Virus record (IMG/VR): IMGVR_UViG_3300049381_000006
Location: 1 to 42,460 of that record
Direction: 5' to 3' (one strand)
DNA from: a virus
Lineage: Duplodnaviria; Caudoviricetes
Length of the DNA: 42,460 nt
The position numbers and the translations under genes are program-made. The notes under the pieces were generated by a model. The model was given only the letters and a program-made list of their open reading frames with translations. It had not been told where the DNA came from and ran no database searches. This document shows, piece by piece, positions 18,992 through 27,186 of the stretch (its first letter is position 1; every line of letters begins with the position of its first letter).

Positions 18992-19507
18992 TCAGCTCAG
19001 GGGTGCGACGAGGTTCACGGGGCTGCGCTGAACGGCGAGGTCGCGCAGCAGGTAGATACACGTCGACAGCTGCGCGTTGGAGCCCTCGCCGCCGGAGTTG
19101 AGCGAGATGTAGTCGTAGCCGTCCGACAGCTGCCGGGCGTCGACCTCGATGACGAGGATCTGCTCGTGCTCCGCCGACGTGCCAGCGGCACCGGCTTCGG
19201 TGATCTCCGAGGCGACGGTCTGGGTGAGCTTCGACCAGGTCTCGTCGCCGTCGAGGGTCACCTCGTCCTTGAGGTGGTACGAGGTGATGATGTCGAGGTC
19301 AGCGGTCGTGCCGCCCGAAGACGCGGTGTGCTGCTGCAGGTCGTAGGAGTGGTCGTCGCCTGCGGTGCCGGCGGCCTTGATGACGAGGATCGTGCAGCCG
19401 CCCGCGTTGCGGAGGCTGACCCGCTTGCCGGTCTGCGCGGTCTGCGCGTCGACCGGCGACCAGCCGATGCTCACGTCGAACAGCCGCCCGAGTGCGTCCT
19501 GTGCCAT
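18992..19507 (-). CDS. Putative capsid decoration/cement protein
   Basis: AAGGA RBS; beta-rich 171 aa two genes after the capsid gene; VIEVDA.QLSDGYDYISL pattern. Confidence 0.65.
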   Translation of the reverse strand: MAQDALGRLFDVSIGWSPVDAQTAQTGKRVSLRNAGGCTILVIKAAGTAGDDHSYDLQQHTASSGGTTADLDIITSYHLKDEVTLDGDETWSKLTQTVASEITEAGAAGTSAEHEQILVIEVDARQLSDGYDYISLNSGGEGSNAQLSTCIYLLRDLAVQRSPVNLVAPLS

Positions 19508-19563
19508 GGGTTCCTTCTTTCGTCTGGGTGCCTTGCCAGGGCGACACTGCTGGCCTGGGTGGT

Positions 19564-19597
19564 GGCGGGCCGCCGGGGTTGATTGCGGCGGCCCGCC
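19564..19597 (-). terminator. Hairpin downstream of the capsid genes
   Basis: Perfect 12-bp inverted repeat GGCGGGCCGCCG / CGGCGGCCCGCC with a 10-nt loop. Confidence 0.65.
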
Positions 19598-19604
19598 CGG
19601 GTTG

Positions 19605-19892
19605 TCAGCTCTCCGGAGGCCAGTACGCCGCGGTGAACACGTACTCGGCCCCGGTCGGGACTTCGGCATCCCGTTTGGCCTTCGCCGCGTCGAGTGCATC
19701 CCGGTCCGGGTACAGGGCCACGGACGTTTTGGCCTGGGTGCCGTTGTGGCCGTCGAGCTGCACGGCGACGTTGACCAGGACCTCGGACCACACGCGGGTG
19801 ATGACCGCCGGCGCGGTGTCGGTCCCGTTGTTCGTGGTCGGGTGAACCGTGACGAGCACGGTCTGCCCGAGGCTCGGCGTCTGCTGGCCCAT
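19605..19892 (-). CDS. Small conserved phage protein
   Basis: PSLGQTV...APAVITRVWS..VNV.V pattern; coupled to the capsid stop. Confidence 0.75.
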   Translation of the reverse strand: MGQQTPSLGQTVLVTVHPTTNNGTDTAPAVITRVWSEVLVNVAVQLDGHNGTQAKTSVALYPDRDALDAAKAKRDAEVPTGAEYVFTAAYWPPES

Positions 19893-21349
19893 CAGCTCCG
19901 CGTCTCAATCTCGACGAAGGCGCTGAGGGTGTCTCCGCTGTTGGCGGGGGTGATGGCCGACTGGAGCCAGGGGCGGCCGTCGACGCGCTGCAGGATCCGG
20001 TACGCGGTCTGGTCGTTCGCGAACCGGTAGTCCGTGGACTGGTCCATCGACATCATCTGGCGGTCGCCGATGAGGTAGTAGTCGAGGTCGGCGAAGACCA
20101 GGTCGCCGCGGGTGCCGAGCTGCGACGCCTTCTCGGTGATGACCAGGGGCCGTCCGAGGATCGTCATCGGGCCGGGGCCGGCGATGTTGAGGAGCATGAC
20201 GGGCGCACCACCGGTGCCGACGCTGACGGACAGCGTGTACAGCTGGACCAGGGTTTCCGGCGACGCGTACCACACGGCCCGGTTCAGCGACGCCGGGAAC
20301 ATCCGCGAGTACATGTTGATCACGTTCTCGGTGGTGATGGTGTTGGCGAGCTGCCCCGCGTCCTTCGTGATCGCGATGGCCGCGCTGTTGGCCGCGCCGA
20401 TGAACCCGAGCGGCTCACCGGCACCGGTGCCGGTCATGTAGGCGAGGTCCTCGAAGAACGCGAGCGCCTTCGGCCACAGGCCCTCGACGAGCGCAGTGAA
20501 CGACAGGAACGAGTCCTGGAGCAGCTCGTTGGGCACCAGCGCGAACCCGGTGAGCTTCTTGGCGTCGAGGACGGCGCGGCCGAACTTCGGCGACGACTCG
20601 GTGAACGCGGCGGATTCCTCGCCCCAGTAGGCGATCATGCCGCCGAACACGGAACCCGCGTTCGTCGTCGAGTCGATCATGGGGAACGGGACGCGCGGCG
20701 CCTCCATCGGCACCACCGTCGCCCGCGGGCGCACCACGCTCGTCTCCAGCGACAGCTGCAGCAGCTGCGACCGGAACACCTCCGGCACCAGGAACCCGCC
20801 CTCGGACGGCACGACGGAGCTCGTCGCGTTGCGGATCTGCGCGATCTTCTCCGTCGCGGCCTCGGACTGGTTGCGGTGCCACGTGGCCCGCACGAAGTCC
20901 TCGAAGCTGCCGAAGATGTTGTCGAGCGGGGCACCAGCGGCGCGCGGGTTGTGCCGGGTGGCCTGCCGGTGCGAGTTCGACATGCCCGTCGGGCGGTGCT
21001 GCGGGTCCAGGTTGAGACGCCGGATCGAGTCCTTGACGTCCTTCTGGTCGTTGTCGCGGAGCATCTGCGCGAGGCCCCGCTGGACGCCCTCGTCGATCTG
21101 ACGGGCCAGGTCCGTGTCCGGCGCCTGCTGCGCGGCGGCGTAGTTGACGACGAACTCGGTCAGCGCTTCGGGGCTGCCGACGATGTCCTTGGCCCGGGCC
21201 GGGTCCGCGATCATCTCCGCGAGCTCGGTGGCGTTCTTCGGGACCGGCAGGGCGACCCTGTTGTAGACGCGGCCGAACCGTGCCCGGTTGATACCGGAGC
21301 AGGCCAGCTTGTGCCGCAGCCCGGGGCTGAGGTGGATGGTGCCCTTCAC
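19892..21349 (-). CDS. HK97-fold major capsid protein with N-terminal scaffold (delta) domain
   Basis: EGGFLVPE, WGEE, KKLTG...ELLQDS, GTGAGEPLG, TILGRPL, RVDG motifs; GGAGG RBS with GTG 21349. Confidence 0.95.
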   Translation of the reverse strand: MKGTIHLSPGLRHKLACSGINRARFGRVYNRVALPVPKNATELAEMIADPARAKDIVGSPEALTEFVVNYAAAQQAPDTDLARQIDEGVQRGLAQMLRDNDQKDVKDSIRRLNLDPQHRPTGMSNSHRQATRHNPRAAGAPLDNIFGSFEDFVRATWHRNQSEAATEKIAQIRNATSSVVPSEGGFLVPEVFRSQLLQLSLETSVVRPRATVVPMEAPRVPFPMIDSTTNAGSVFGGMIAYWGEESAAFTESSPKFGRAVLDAKKLTGFALVPNELLQDSFLSFTALVEGLWPKALAFFEDLAYMTGTGAGEPLGFIGAANSAAIAITKDAGQLANTITTENVINMYSRMFPASLNRAVWYASPETLVQLYTLSVSVGTGGAPVMLLNIAGPGPMTILGRPLVITEKASQLGTRGDLVFADLDYYLIGDRQMMSMDQSTDYRFANDQTAYRILQRVDGRPWLQSAITPANSGDTLSAFVEIETRS

Positions 21350-24300
21350 TTGGTTGCCTCCTGGGCAGTGGGGTCGTCCGGGGTGGACGGCTCGGGGGTC
21401 GTGAGGCCGCTGACGAGGCTTCGCCACGGGTCGGCTGGTGTGGTGGTCCATGCGGGTGCCGCCCATGTGGCCGACGGCGCGGTGACGGGCGTGGTCGGTT
21501 CCGGGGCCGGTTCCGCATCAGGCGTGCCGGTGCCGGTATCCGGTGCTTCGCCAGCCAGTTCGGCATCGTGTTCGGCGACGGGTTCCGTATCTGCGGCTTC
21601 CGCCGGTGCCGTCTCGGCCACGTCTGCGGGCGTACCGTCGAGCTCCGGTCCGTCCGTCACCGCCACGGCCATTGCCACTGGCATGAGGACCGGGGTGGGT
21701 GCCCGGTCGCGGCCCGCGAACGCGAACACGGACAGGTCCCACGCTGATTTCACCGGCCGTGCCGGGGCGAGGACGTCGCCGCCGATGTCGTCGGCGAGCC
21801 CGAACTGAACGGCTTCGTCGGCGTTGAACCACGTCTCGGCCTTCATCAGCCCGCGCCACGTCTCGGCGTCGCCGCCGGCACGTTGGCTGTAGATGGCGGC
21901 GATGGTCGCGGAGGTGCGTTCGAGGAGGTCGGCTTGTTTGCGGAGCTGCTCGGCGTTGCCGTACGCGTCGGACCACGCTTCGTGGATCATCATCTGCGCG
22001 TAGCGCATGATCGTGATCCGGTCCCCGGCGCACGCGATGAACGACGCGGCGCTCGCCGCCATCCCGTCGATGGTGACGTTGATCGTGGCGTGGTGTTCGC
22101 GGAGCGCCCCGTAGATCGCGACGCCTTCGTGTACCTGCCCGCCGGGTGAGTTGATGTGCAGGTTGATCGTGGACGCTTTGACCTGGCGGAGTTCTTCGCA
22201 GAAGTCCGCCGCGGTGACACCGAAGTAACCAACCTCCCCGTACAGGTAGATGTCGGCGACGCCCGCCTTGTTCTCGATCCGGAACCATTTCCGTTTGGCT
22301 TGGACCCGCAGCCGGGTGCGTGCCGCGCGGGCTTCTGTTCTGGCGCCCACGGGACGGCCTCCTTTGTGGTTGATCGGCTCGGTGAACGCGCGGATCGGCA
22401 GCAACCGGCGCCTGTTGGCTGCGGGTCGCGTTTTCGCGGTCGTGTTGGACGGCCCGAGCGCGGGCTCACCGGGCGGCGCGGTCGGCTTGCCAGGGGCGGC
22501 CAGCGGGATGTCGACGGCGTCGCCTGCGAACGCGACCCGGATCCGGTCGAAGGTGACCGGGCCGAGCCGGGCCACGAGGTCCTTCAGCAGGGCGGGGTCG
22601 GCGGAGTACGCGACGCAGATATGCGGCTGCCACGGGGTGTGCTGCGGCGGGACGTCGAGTGCGATCCCGCCGTCATGCCACGCCTCGGACATCGTTTCCC
22701 GGTAGACCGCAAGGGTGTCCTGACCGGTGGGGCGTTCGTCTGCGGGGAGGTCTCCGACGCCGAGGACCCAGGCGGGCTTGTCGCTGTCGGCGTTCCACAG
22801 GTCCGCTCCGAACACCCGCGCCTCGACGGGCGGGAGCTCGCGCCGTTCGACCATCGACCGGACTGCGGTCACCAGTGCTGTGCGGGTCTCCGCGCTGATC
22901 GCTGCGGCGTCGCCGAGGTACCACAAGGTCAGATGCAGTTCGCCGACTGGTTCGCCGCCGTCCACGGCGAGACGTGCGGCATCGGCGTCGGTGGGGATCA
23001 GGGCGACCATCGCCCCAGTCGCAGTGTCGGCGGCGTTGTTGCGCGGGGGCGCCGTTCCGGGGTTGTTTTCGACCAGCGGCATCGCCTGTGCGGCGGCTGC
23101 CGCGAACGTGTCCTCTGCAACGCCAGCAGGCACGGCGTTCTCCGGTTCCGGCGATGCCTTCACGACCAGGTCATTGAGGTGCCGCAGGAACCTGGGCATG
23201 TCCGAGGCGCCGAGATCCGCCATAAGCGCCGGATACTCCTGGCTCAGACCCAACTCGTCGTTGTTTGGGAACGTCCACCCGACGGCATCTGCCGGACGTA
23301 CGGCGATTTCGAACCGCCAACCCGCCTCGCCGTCCTCCACGCCCCACATCTGGTAGGCCAGGTCGCCCCACTCACCGGCAGGGATCGTCCCCTCGCTGAT
23401 GATGTCGTCGATCTCCGAAGAGTGGCCGTTGAAGCCGCGCATCCGGTCATCCCACTCGGCCAACTCGGCGAGCCGAGCCGCTTGGGCGTCGTTGAGCGGG
23501 CCTTCGTCGCGCGCGTCCTCAAGGCGCTCCATCTCCGACCAGTGCTTCTTGATCTCCACGCGGCGGGCTTTGGCCACCACCCCTTCGGCCTCGAACGCGG
23601 CGCTGATCCGCTCGACATCGGCGGGACGGAGCTTGAGCGTTCCCCCAAGATTTGCGGCAGACCATTTCCGCTCGTCGTCGTGGTAGACGATGCCGAGCCT
23701 GACCTCAGGTCCCGTCTGCGTGGAGATCGCTGCACCGAGCGGTACGGTCTCGGAGTTGCCGTCGACGGGCAGCTTCCGGCTCGCGCGTAGCACTTCGCCG
23801 TCGCCGAGCTGAATCCGCTTCGCGAGCTTCAGCTTGTCGCCGGGGATACCGTCGGACCACTGCCCGTCGTCGTCGCGTTTCTGCCCGGGGTTGTACTTCC
23901 CGCGCGGCGCCCGCCTGGTACGACGAGCAGCCGTCGCCGACGGACCGGGCTCGTCGTCCCCGACCACCCACTCGATGCCGTCGTCGTCTTCGGCGGCGTC
24001 TTCGGCGGCGTTGGCCATCTCGAAGATCGCCTCAGCCAGTTCGTACGCCTGGTCCTGGCTCATGTCCGCCGCAGCGTCGGCGAGGTCGCCGTTCTCGTCG
24101 ACTTCGTGGATGCCGACGTTGCCCGCGCCGTCCACGGCGACGGCCCACCCGTTGCCGAGGTCGCTGTAGTCGTATACGTCGGCGTCGGCGTCGGCGGGAA
24201 CGTCTACGGTGGCGGCCCACCTCAGTTCGTGCGCGACGCGGCGCATGTCTGCCGGGTCGTCGAACTCGACGAGCACCTCGTGCTTGTCGATGCCGTCGTC

Positions 24301-24537
24301 CTCTTCGTTGTGGTCGACGACGAGGTGTGCGCTGCCGTCTTCGAACACGCGGACGCTGACCATGCCGATCTCGTCGCTGCCCGTGCGGTCGTCGTAGACG
24401 TCGCCGTACGCCGACTGGTAGAAGTCGGCGTCGAAGATCCCGCCATCGGGGGTTTCGGCGAAGCGGCCTCTGCCGTCGCGGATGTAGCGGCGGCTGACGA
24501 CGACCGGTGCGGGCGCGTGGAGGAGGGTGGCGGTCAT
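21346..24537 (-). CDS. Multidomain protein: two unknown acidic domains + 2H phosphoesterase + ClpP-type prohead protease
   Basis: ClpP motifs INSPGG, DGMAASAAS, MMIHEA, ETWFNADEAVQFGLAD (about 21770-22290); 2H motifs HLTL and HICV (about 22500-23020); ATG overlaps the portal stop. Confidence 0.9.
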   Translation of the reverse strand: MTATLLHAPAPVVVSRRYIRDGRGRFAETPDGGIFDADFYQSAYGDVYDDRTGSDEIGMVSVRVFEDGSAHLVVDHNEEDDGIDKHEVLVEFDDPADMRRVAHELRWAATVDVPADADADVYDYSDLGNGWAVAVDGAGNVGIHEVDENGDLADAAADMSQDQAYELAEAIFEMANAAEDAAEDDDGIEWVVGDDEPGPSATAARRTRRAPRGKYNPGQKRDDDGQWSDGIPGDKLKLAKRIQLGDGEVLRASRKLPVDGNSETVPLGAAISTQTGPEVRLGIVYHDDERKWSAANLGGTLKLRPADVERISAAFEAEGVVAKARRVEIKKHWSEMERLEDARDEGPLNDAQAARLAELAEWDDRMRGFNGHSSEIDDIISEGTIPAGEWGDLAYQMWGVEDGEAGWRFEIAVRPADAVGWTFPNNDELGLSQEYPALMADLGASDMPRFLRHLNDLVVKASPEPENAVPAGVAEDTFAAAAAQAMPLVENNPGTAPPRNNAADTATGAMVALIPTDADAARLAVDGGEPVGELHLTLWYLGDAAAISAETRTALVTAVRSMVERRELPPVEARVFGADLWNADSDKPAWVLGVGDLPADERPTGQDTLAVYRETMSEAWHDGGIALDVPPQHTPWQPHICVAYSADPALLKDLVARLGPVTFDRIRVAFAGDAVDIPLAAPGKPTAPPGEPALGPSNTTAKTRPAANRRRLLPIRAFTEPINHKGGRPVGARTEARAARTRLRVQAKRKWFRIENKAGVADIYLYGEVGYFGVTAADFCEELRQVKASTINLHINSPGGQVHEGVAIYGALREHHATINVTIDGMAASAASFIACAGDRITIMRYAQMMIHEAWSDAYGNAEQLRKQADLLERTSATIAAIYSQRAGGDAETWRGLMKAETWFNADEAVQFGLADDIGGDVLAPARPVKSAWDLSVFAFAGRDRAPTPVLMPVAMAVAVTDGPELDGTPADVAETAPAEAADTEPVAEHDAELAGEAPDTGTGTPDAEPAPEPTTPVTAPSATWAAPAWTTTPADPWRSLVSGLTTPEPSTPDDPTAQEATK

Positions 24538-26582
24538 GTGCCCGCCGCCGGGTTCCAGGTGGCGGTCACGGTTCCGCGGCAGCGCCACCGGCCGAGGCAC
24601 AGGTGGTAGGGGCCGCCTGCGTATGCCTGCCATGCGTCTAGCCAGGTGTCGAACACGGTGCCGTGGATCTTCCGACAATTGACACAGGTAAATTTGTCGA
24701 GGACTTCCGTCGCCGTGTAGATCGTCTGTGGGACGTCGCGGACCGTCTCCAGCCGGCCAATGTTCTGCGCCCGGGTCAGCGCCGCACCGAGCTGCTCCCG
24801 CAGATGCGCAGGCGACAGCCCGTCGAGGTGCTTACGGACATCCGCCGTCACCTGCTCGGCGGGGACACCGGGCGCGTACACGCGTAGCGCTTCCCTGCCT
24901 GCGGACTGCGCCAGTCCGTCACCGAGAAGCCTCGCGACCACCTCAGCGACCGGCACCATGTCCGGCGGGGTGTCCGGGACGGGGATCGTCCGGCCCTGGG
25001 CGGCGGCCTCGCGGGCCATCTGCCTCGCGGCGGTCATGCCCATGTCCACCATCGCGGCGGTGAGCACCGCGACTGCGGCGGTTGTGGTGACGGTCAGCGC
25101 GGCGAGTGCGGCCACGGTGCCCGCCGCGATCGCTGCGGTGATCTGGGCGAGGAGTTCGGCCTGCTGTGCGGCGGTGATCCCCGCCCACACCAGGAGGAGC
25201 GCGGCGAGCGCGGCCTCCCAGTCGGCCTGCACCTGCTGGAGTTCCTCGTCGACTGGTGGGGGTTCGCCGGGGTCGGCGGGTGCGGCGTTGAGCCACGACA
25301 GGGCCGCGAGCGTCGACTGCGGCTTCGGGGCGGGGTTCTTCAGCCCTCCGCTCGGCGGTGCCGCCGGCGGGGTGGGTGGTTCGGGTTTCTTCCACACCAT
25401 GCCCTCGGGCAGGCCCAGCGGTTTGATCAGCGAATTGCCGTCAACACCGGCCTGCACGTAGGACACGAACGCGGACGCCTTCGACGTGCGCTCCCGGTCA
25501 CGTGCTGCGGCGTCCGGCGGCACCGGGTCGTCGTGGTCCCACTCCAAACCCTCACCGGTCGGCCCGTAGAGGGGCAGGAGCTGGAAGTTCAGCATGTCCT
25601 TGAGCCGGTCCAGGCGCGGCACCGTCACGTATTCCGCGAACATGACCTTGCCGCTCTCGGCGATGGCCCGGTTCGCGCCCTCCGTCAAACCGAGCATCGT
25701 CTTGGAGACACCGAACGCGACGAACAGTTTGTCGTCGCCGATCCGGGCCAACTCGACGAACTGCATGTCCCGCATGGAGTACTTGCGGTCGACCCACTTC
25801 ATCTTGTTTTCCAAGATGGCGACCCGGTGCGCGTTGTCGATGCCCTGGTGCGCTTCGGCCCACCTGTCTCGGAACTCGTTGAACTCGTCGTCGGACAGGC
25901 GCTCTTCGACCTCGATGATCCCGCCCGGCTCGGCACCGTTGGTGAAGAAGTTCCGGTTCCACTCCTCCGCGTACCTTTGCGCGTCCAAGGTGCGCATCGA
26001 CGCCTGCACGGGTCCGAGGCCGCGGTACGGGTTGTCGGGGTCGGGGCGGCGCATCGGGATCACGTCGTCGATCTCGAGCGGGATCTCCTCCCCGTCGGGG
26101 GAGGTGTAGATGTAGCCGATCAGGTATTCGGTCGGGGACACGACGGGACGCATCCGGTGCGGCGGCACAGGCCACAGCTCAAGCGGGATCTTGAACCGTT
26201 TGTTGCGGGCGACGACGATCCAGCCCTCACCGGTGAGGTCGAGGTGCTGCTGCTCGGTTTCGATGAAAAGTCTCTGGGTGAAGAACTTGTTGGGCCGGTT
26301 CCACAGGTCGAGGCACGCGTGTTCGGTGACTTCGACCCGGTCTTCTTTCAGCCCGGATTTCGCTTTGCGGTACAGGTGCCAGCCGACCGCAGCTGTTGCG
26401 GTCGAGGTTCGGTCGACGATGCCGAACAGGGTTCCGTTGCTGCCGTATGCCCGGAGTTGCGCCTGCTGGCCGCGTGGTGCCGCGTAGTGTCGGCCCCCGC
26501 CGACGGCGGCAGACCGCGATACGAGCGGGACAGGCGACGCGTTCCGGACAGCGGCGGCGAGTGTCGAGATCAAGTCCCTCAC
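24534..26582 (-). CDS. HK97-family portal protein fused to a MuF-like head morphogenesis domain
   Basis: RPN, YRGLGPV, FFTNGAEPGG, AFGV portal motifs; C-terminal A.N.GR...LD..TC..C...C.GR.RCRG MuF-like motif; GTG overlaps the upstream TGA. Confidence 0.92.
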   Translation of the reverse strand: MRDLISTLAAAVRNASPVPLVSRSAAVGGGRHYAAPRGQQAQLRAYGSNGTLFGIVDRTSTATAAVGWHLYRKAKSGLKEDRVEVTEHACLDLWNRPNKFFTQRLFIETEQQHLDLTGEGWIVVARNKRFKIPLELWPVPPHRMRPVVSPTEYLIGYIYTSPDGEEIPLEIDDVIPMRRPDPDNPYRGLGPVQASMRTLDAQRYAEEWNRNFFTNGAEPGGIIEVEERLSDDEFNEFRDRWAEAHQGIDNAHRVAILENKMKWVDRKYSMRDMQFVELARIGDDKLFVAFGVSKTMLGLTEGANRAIAESGKVMFAEYVTVPRLDRLKDMLNFQLLPLYGPTGEGLEWDHDDPVPPDAAARDRERTSKASAFVSYVQAGVDGNSLIKPLGLPEGMVWKKPEPPTPPAAPPSGGLKNPAPKPQSTLAALSWLNAAPADPGEPPPVDEELQQVQADWEAALAALLLVWAGITAAQQAELLAQITAAIAAGTVAALAALTVTTTAAVAVLTAAMVDMGMTAARQMAREAAAQGRTIPVPDTPPDMVPVAEVVARLLGDGLAQSAGREALRVYAPGVPAEQVTADVRKHLDGLSPAHLREQLGAALTRAQNIGRLETVRDVPQTIYTATEVLDKFTCVNCRKIHGTVFDTWLDAWQAYAGGPYHLCLGRWRCRGTVTATWNPAAGT

Positions 26583-26863
26583 CGGCGCCCGTCCGGCGGT
26601 GTGTCGGAGAGCAGGAAGTTGAGGAAGAAGCACGCGACGCCCGCCACGGCCATTCCCGCGCCGATGCCCCACTCCACCCACGCGCCTGCGGTCATCCCGG
26701 CGAGGCCTGCGGTTTGGAGGATGAACGCGCGGATGCCCTTGGACTGCCGCCGTAGCGCTATCGCACCCGACGCGACGGCCGAGACGGCCCGGCGGGCCGC
26801 ATGACTGAGAGCGGCGAACGACACTCGGGATGCCTGGGGTGCGGCGTGCGCGGCGGTGGTCAT
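26579..26863 (-). CDS. Small membrane protein upstream of portal
   Basis: Two C-terminal hydrophobic helices; coupled on both sides. Confidence 0.75.
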   Translation of the reverse strand: MTTAAHAAPQASRVSFAALSHAARRAVSAVASGAIALRRQSKGIRAFILQTAGLAGMTAGAWVEWGIGAGMAVAGVACFFLNFLLSDTPPDGRR

Positions 26864-27075
26864 GCGGTGTCCGGGCGGACGACGGTGACCGTGATGTCGT
26901 CTTCGAGGACCGCGAACTTGACGCCCTCAGGCATGACCGGGCAGAGGTACTTAGTCATCTCGTCGCGTTCGGCATCCGACAGGCATCGCCCGACCGAGAC
27001 GAGCAGTGTTTCCCCTGGGCGGACCACGGCCACGCGGACGCGGTCGAGCGCGGCGGCAAGGCCCGGGGAGGTCAT
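26860..27075 (-). CDS. Small protein resembling a stand-alone portal clip domain
   Basis: PGETLLVSVGRCLSDAERDEM...FAVLED vs portal PGGIIEVEERLSDDEFNEF...VAILEN. Confidence 0.6.
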   Translation of the reverse strand: MTSPGLAAALDRVRVAVVRPGETLLVSVGRCLSDAERDEMTKYLCPVMPEGVKFAVLEDDITVTVVRPDTA

Positions 27076-27186
27076 GCCCCAAGGGGAACCGATTCCACCG
27101 TGTTTGATCCACTAGGCGGCGGGGTCACGTGGAGCGCAGTGCGACGCGCGCAACGCAATGCGCGGTAAGTGATCCACTTTGCAAGG

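Noticed and set aside
24538-24678. ORF-track N-terminal extension of the protease fusion (similarly for portal, capsid, terL, TerS, exonuclease and methyltransferase)
   Set aside because: The extensions overlap upstream genes; internal starts with ATGA/GTGA coupling and RBSs are more plausible.
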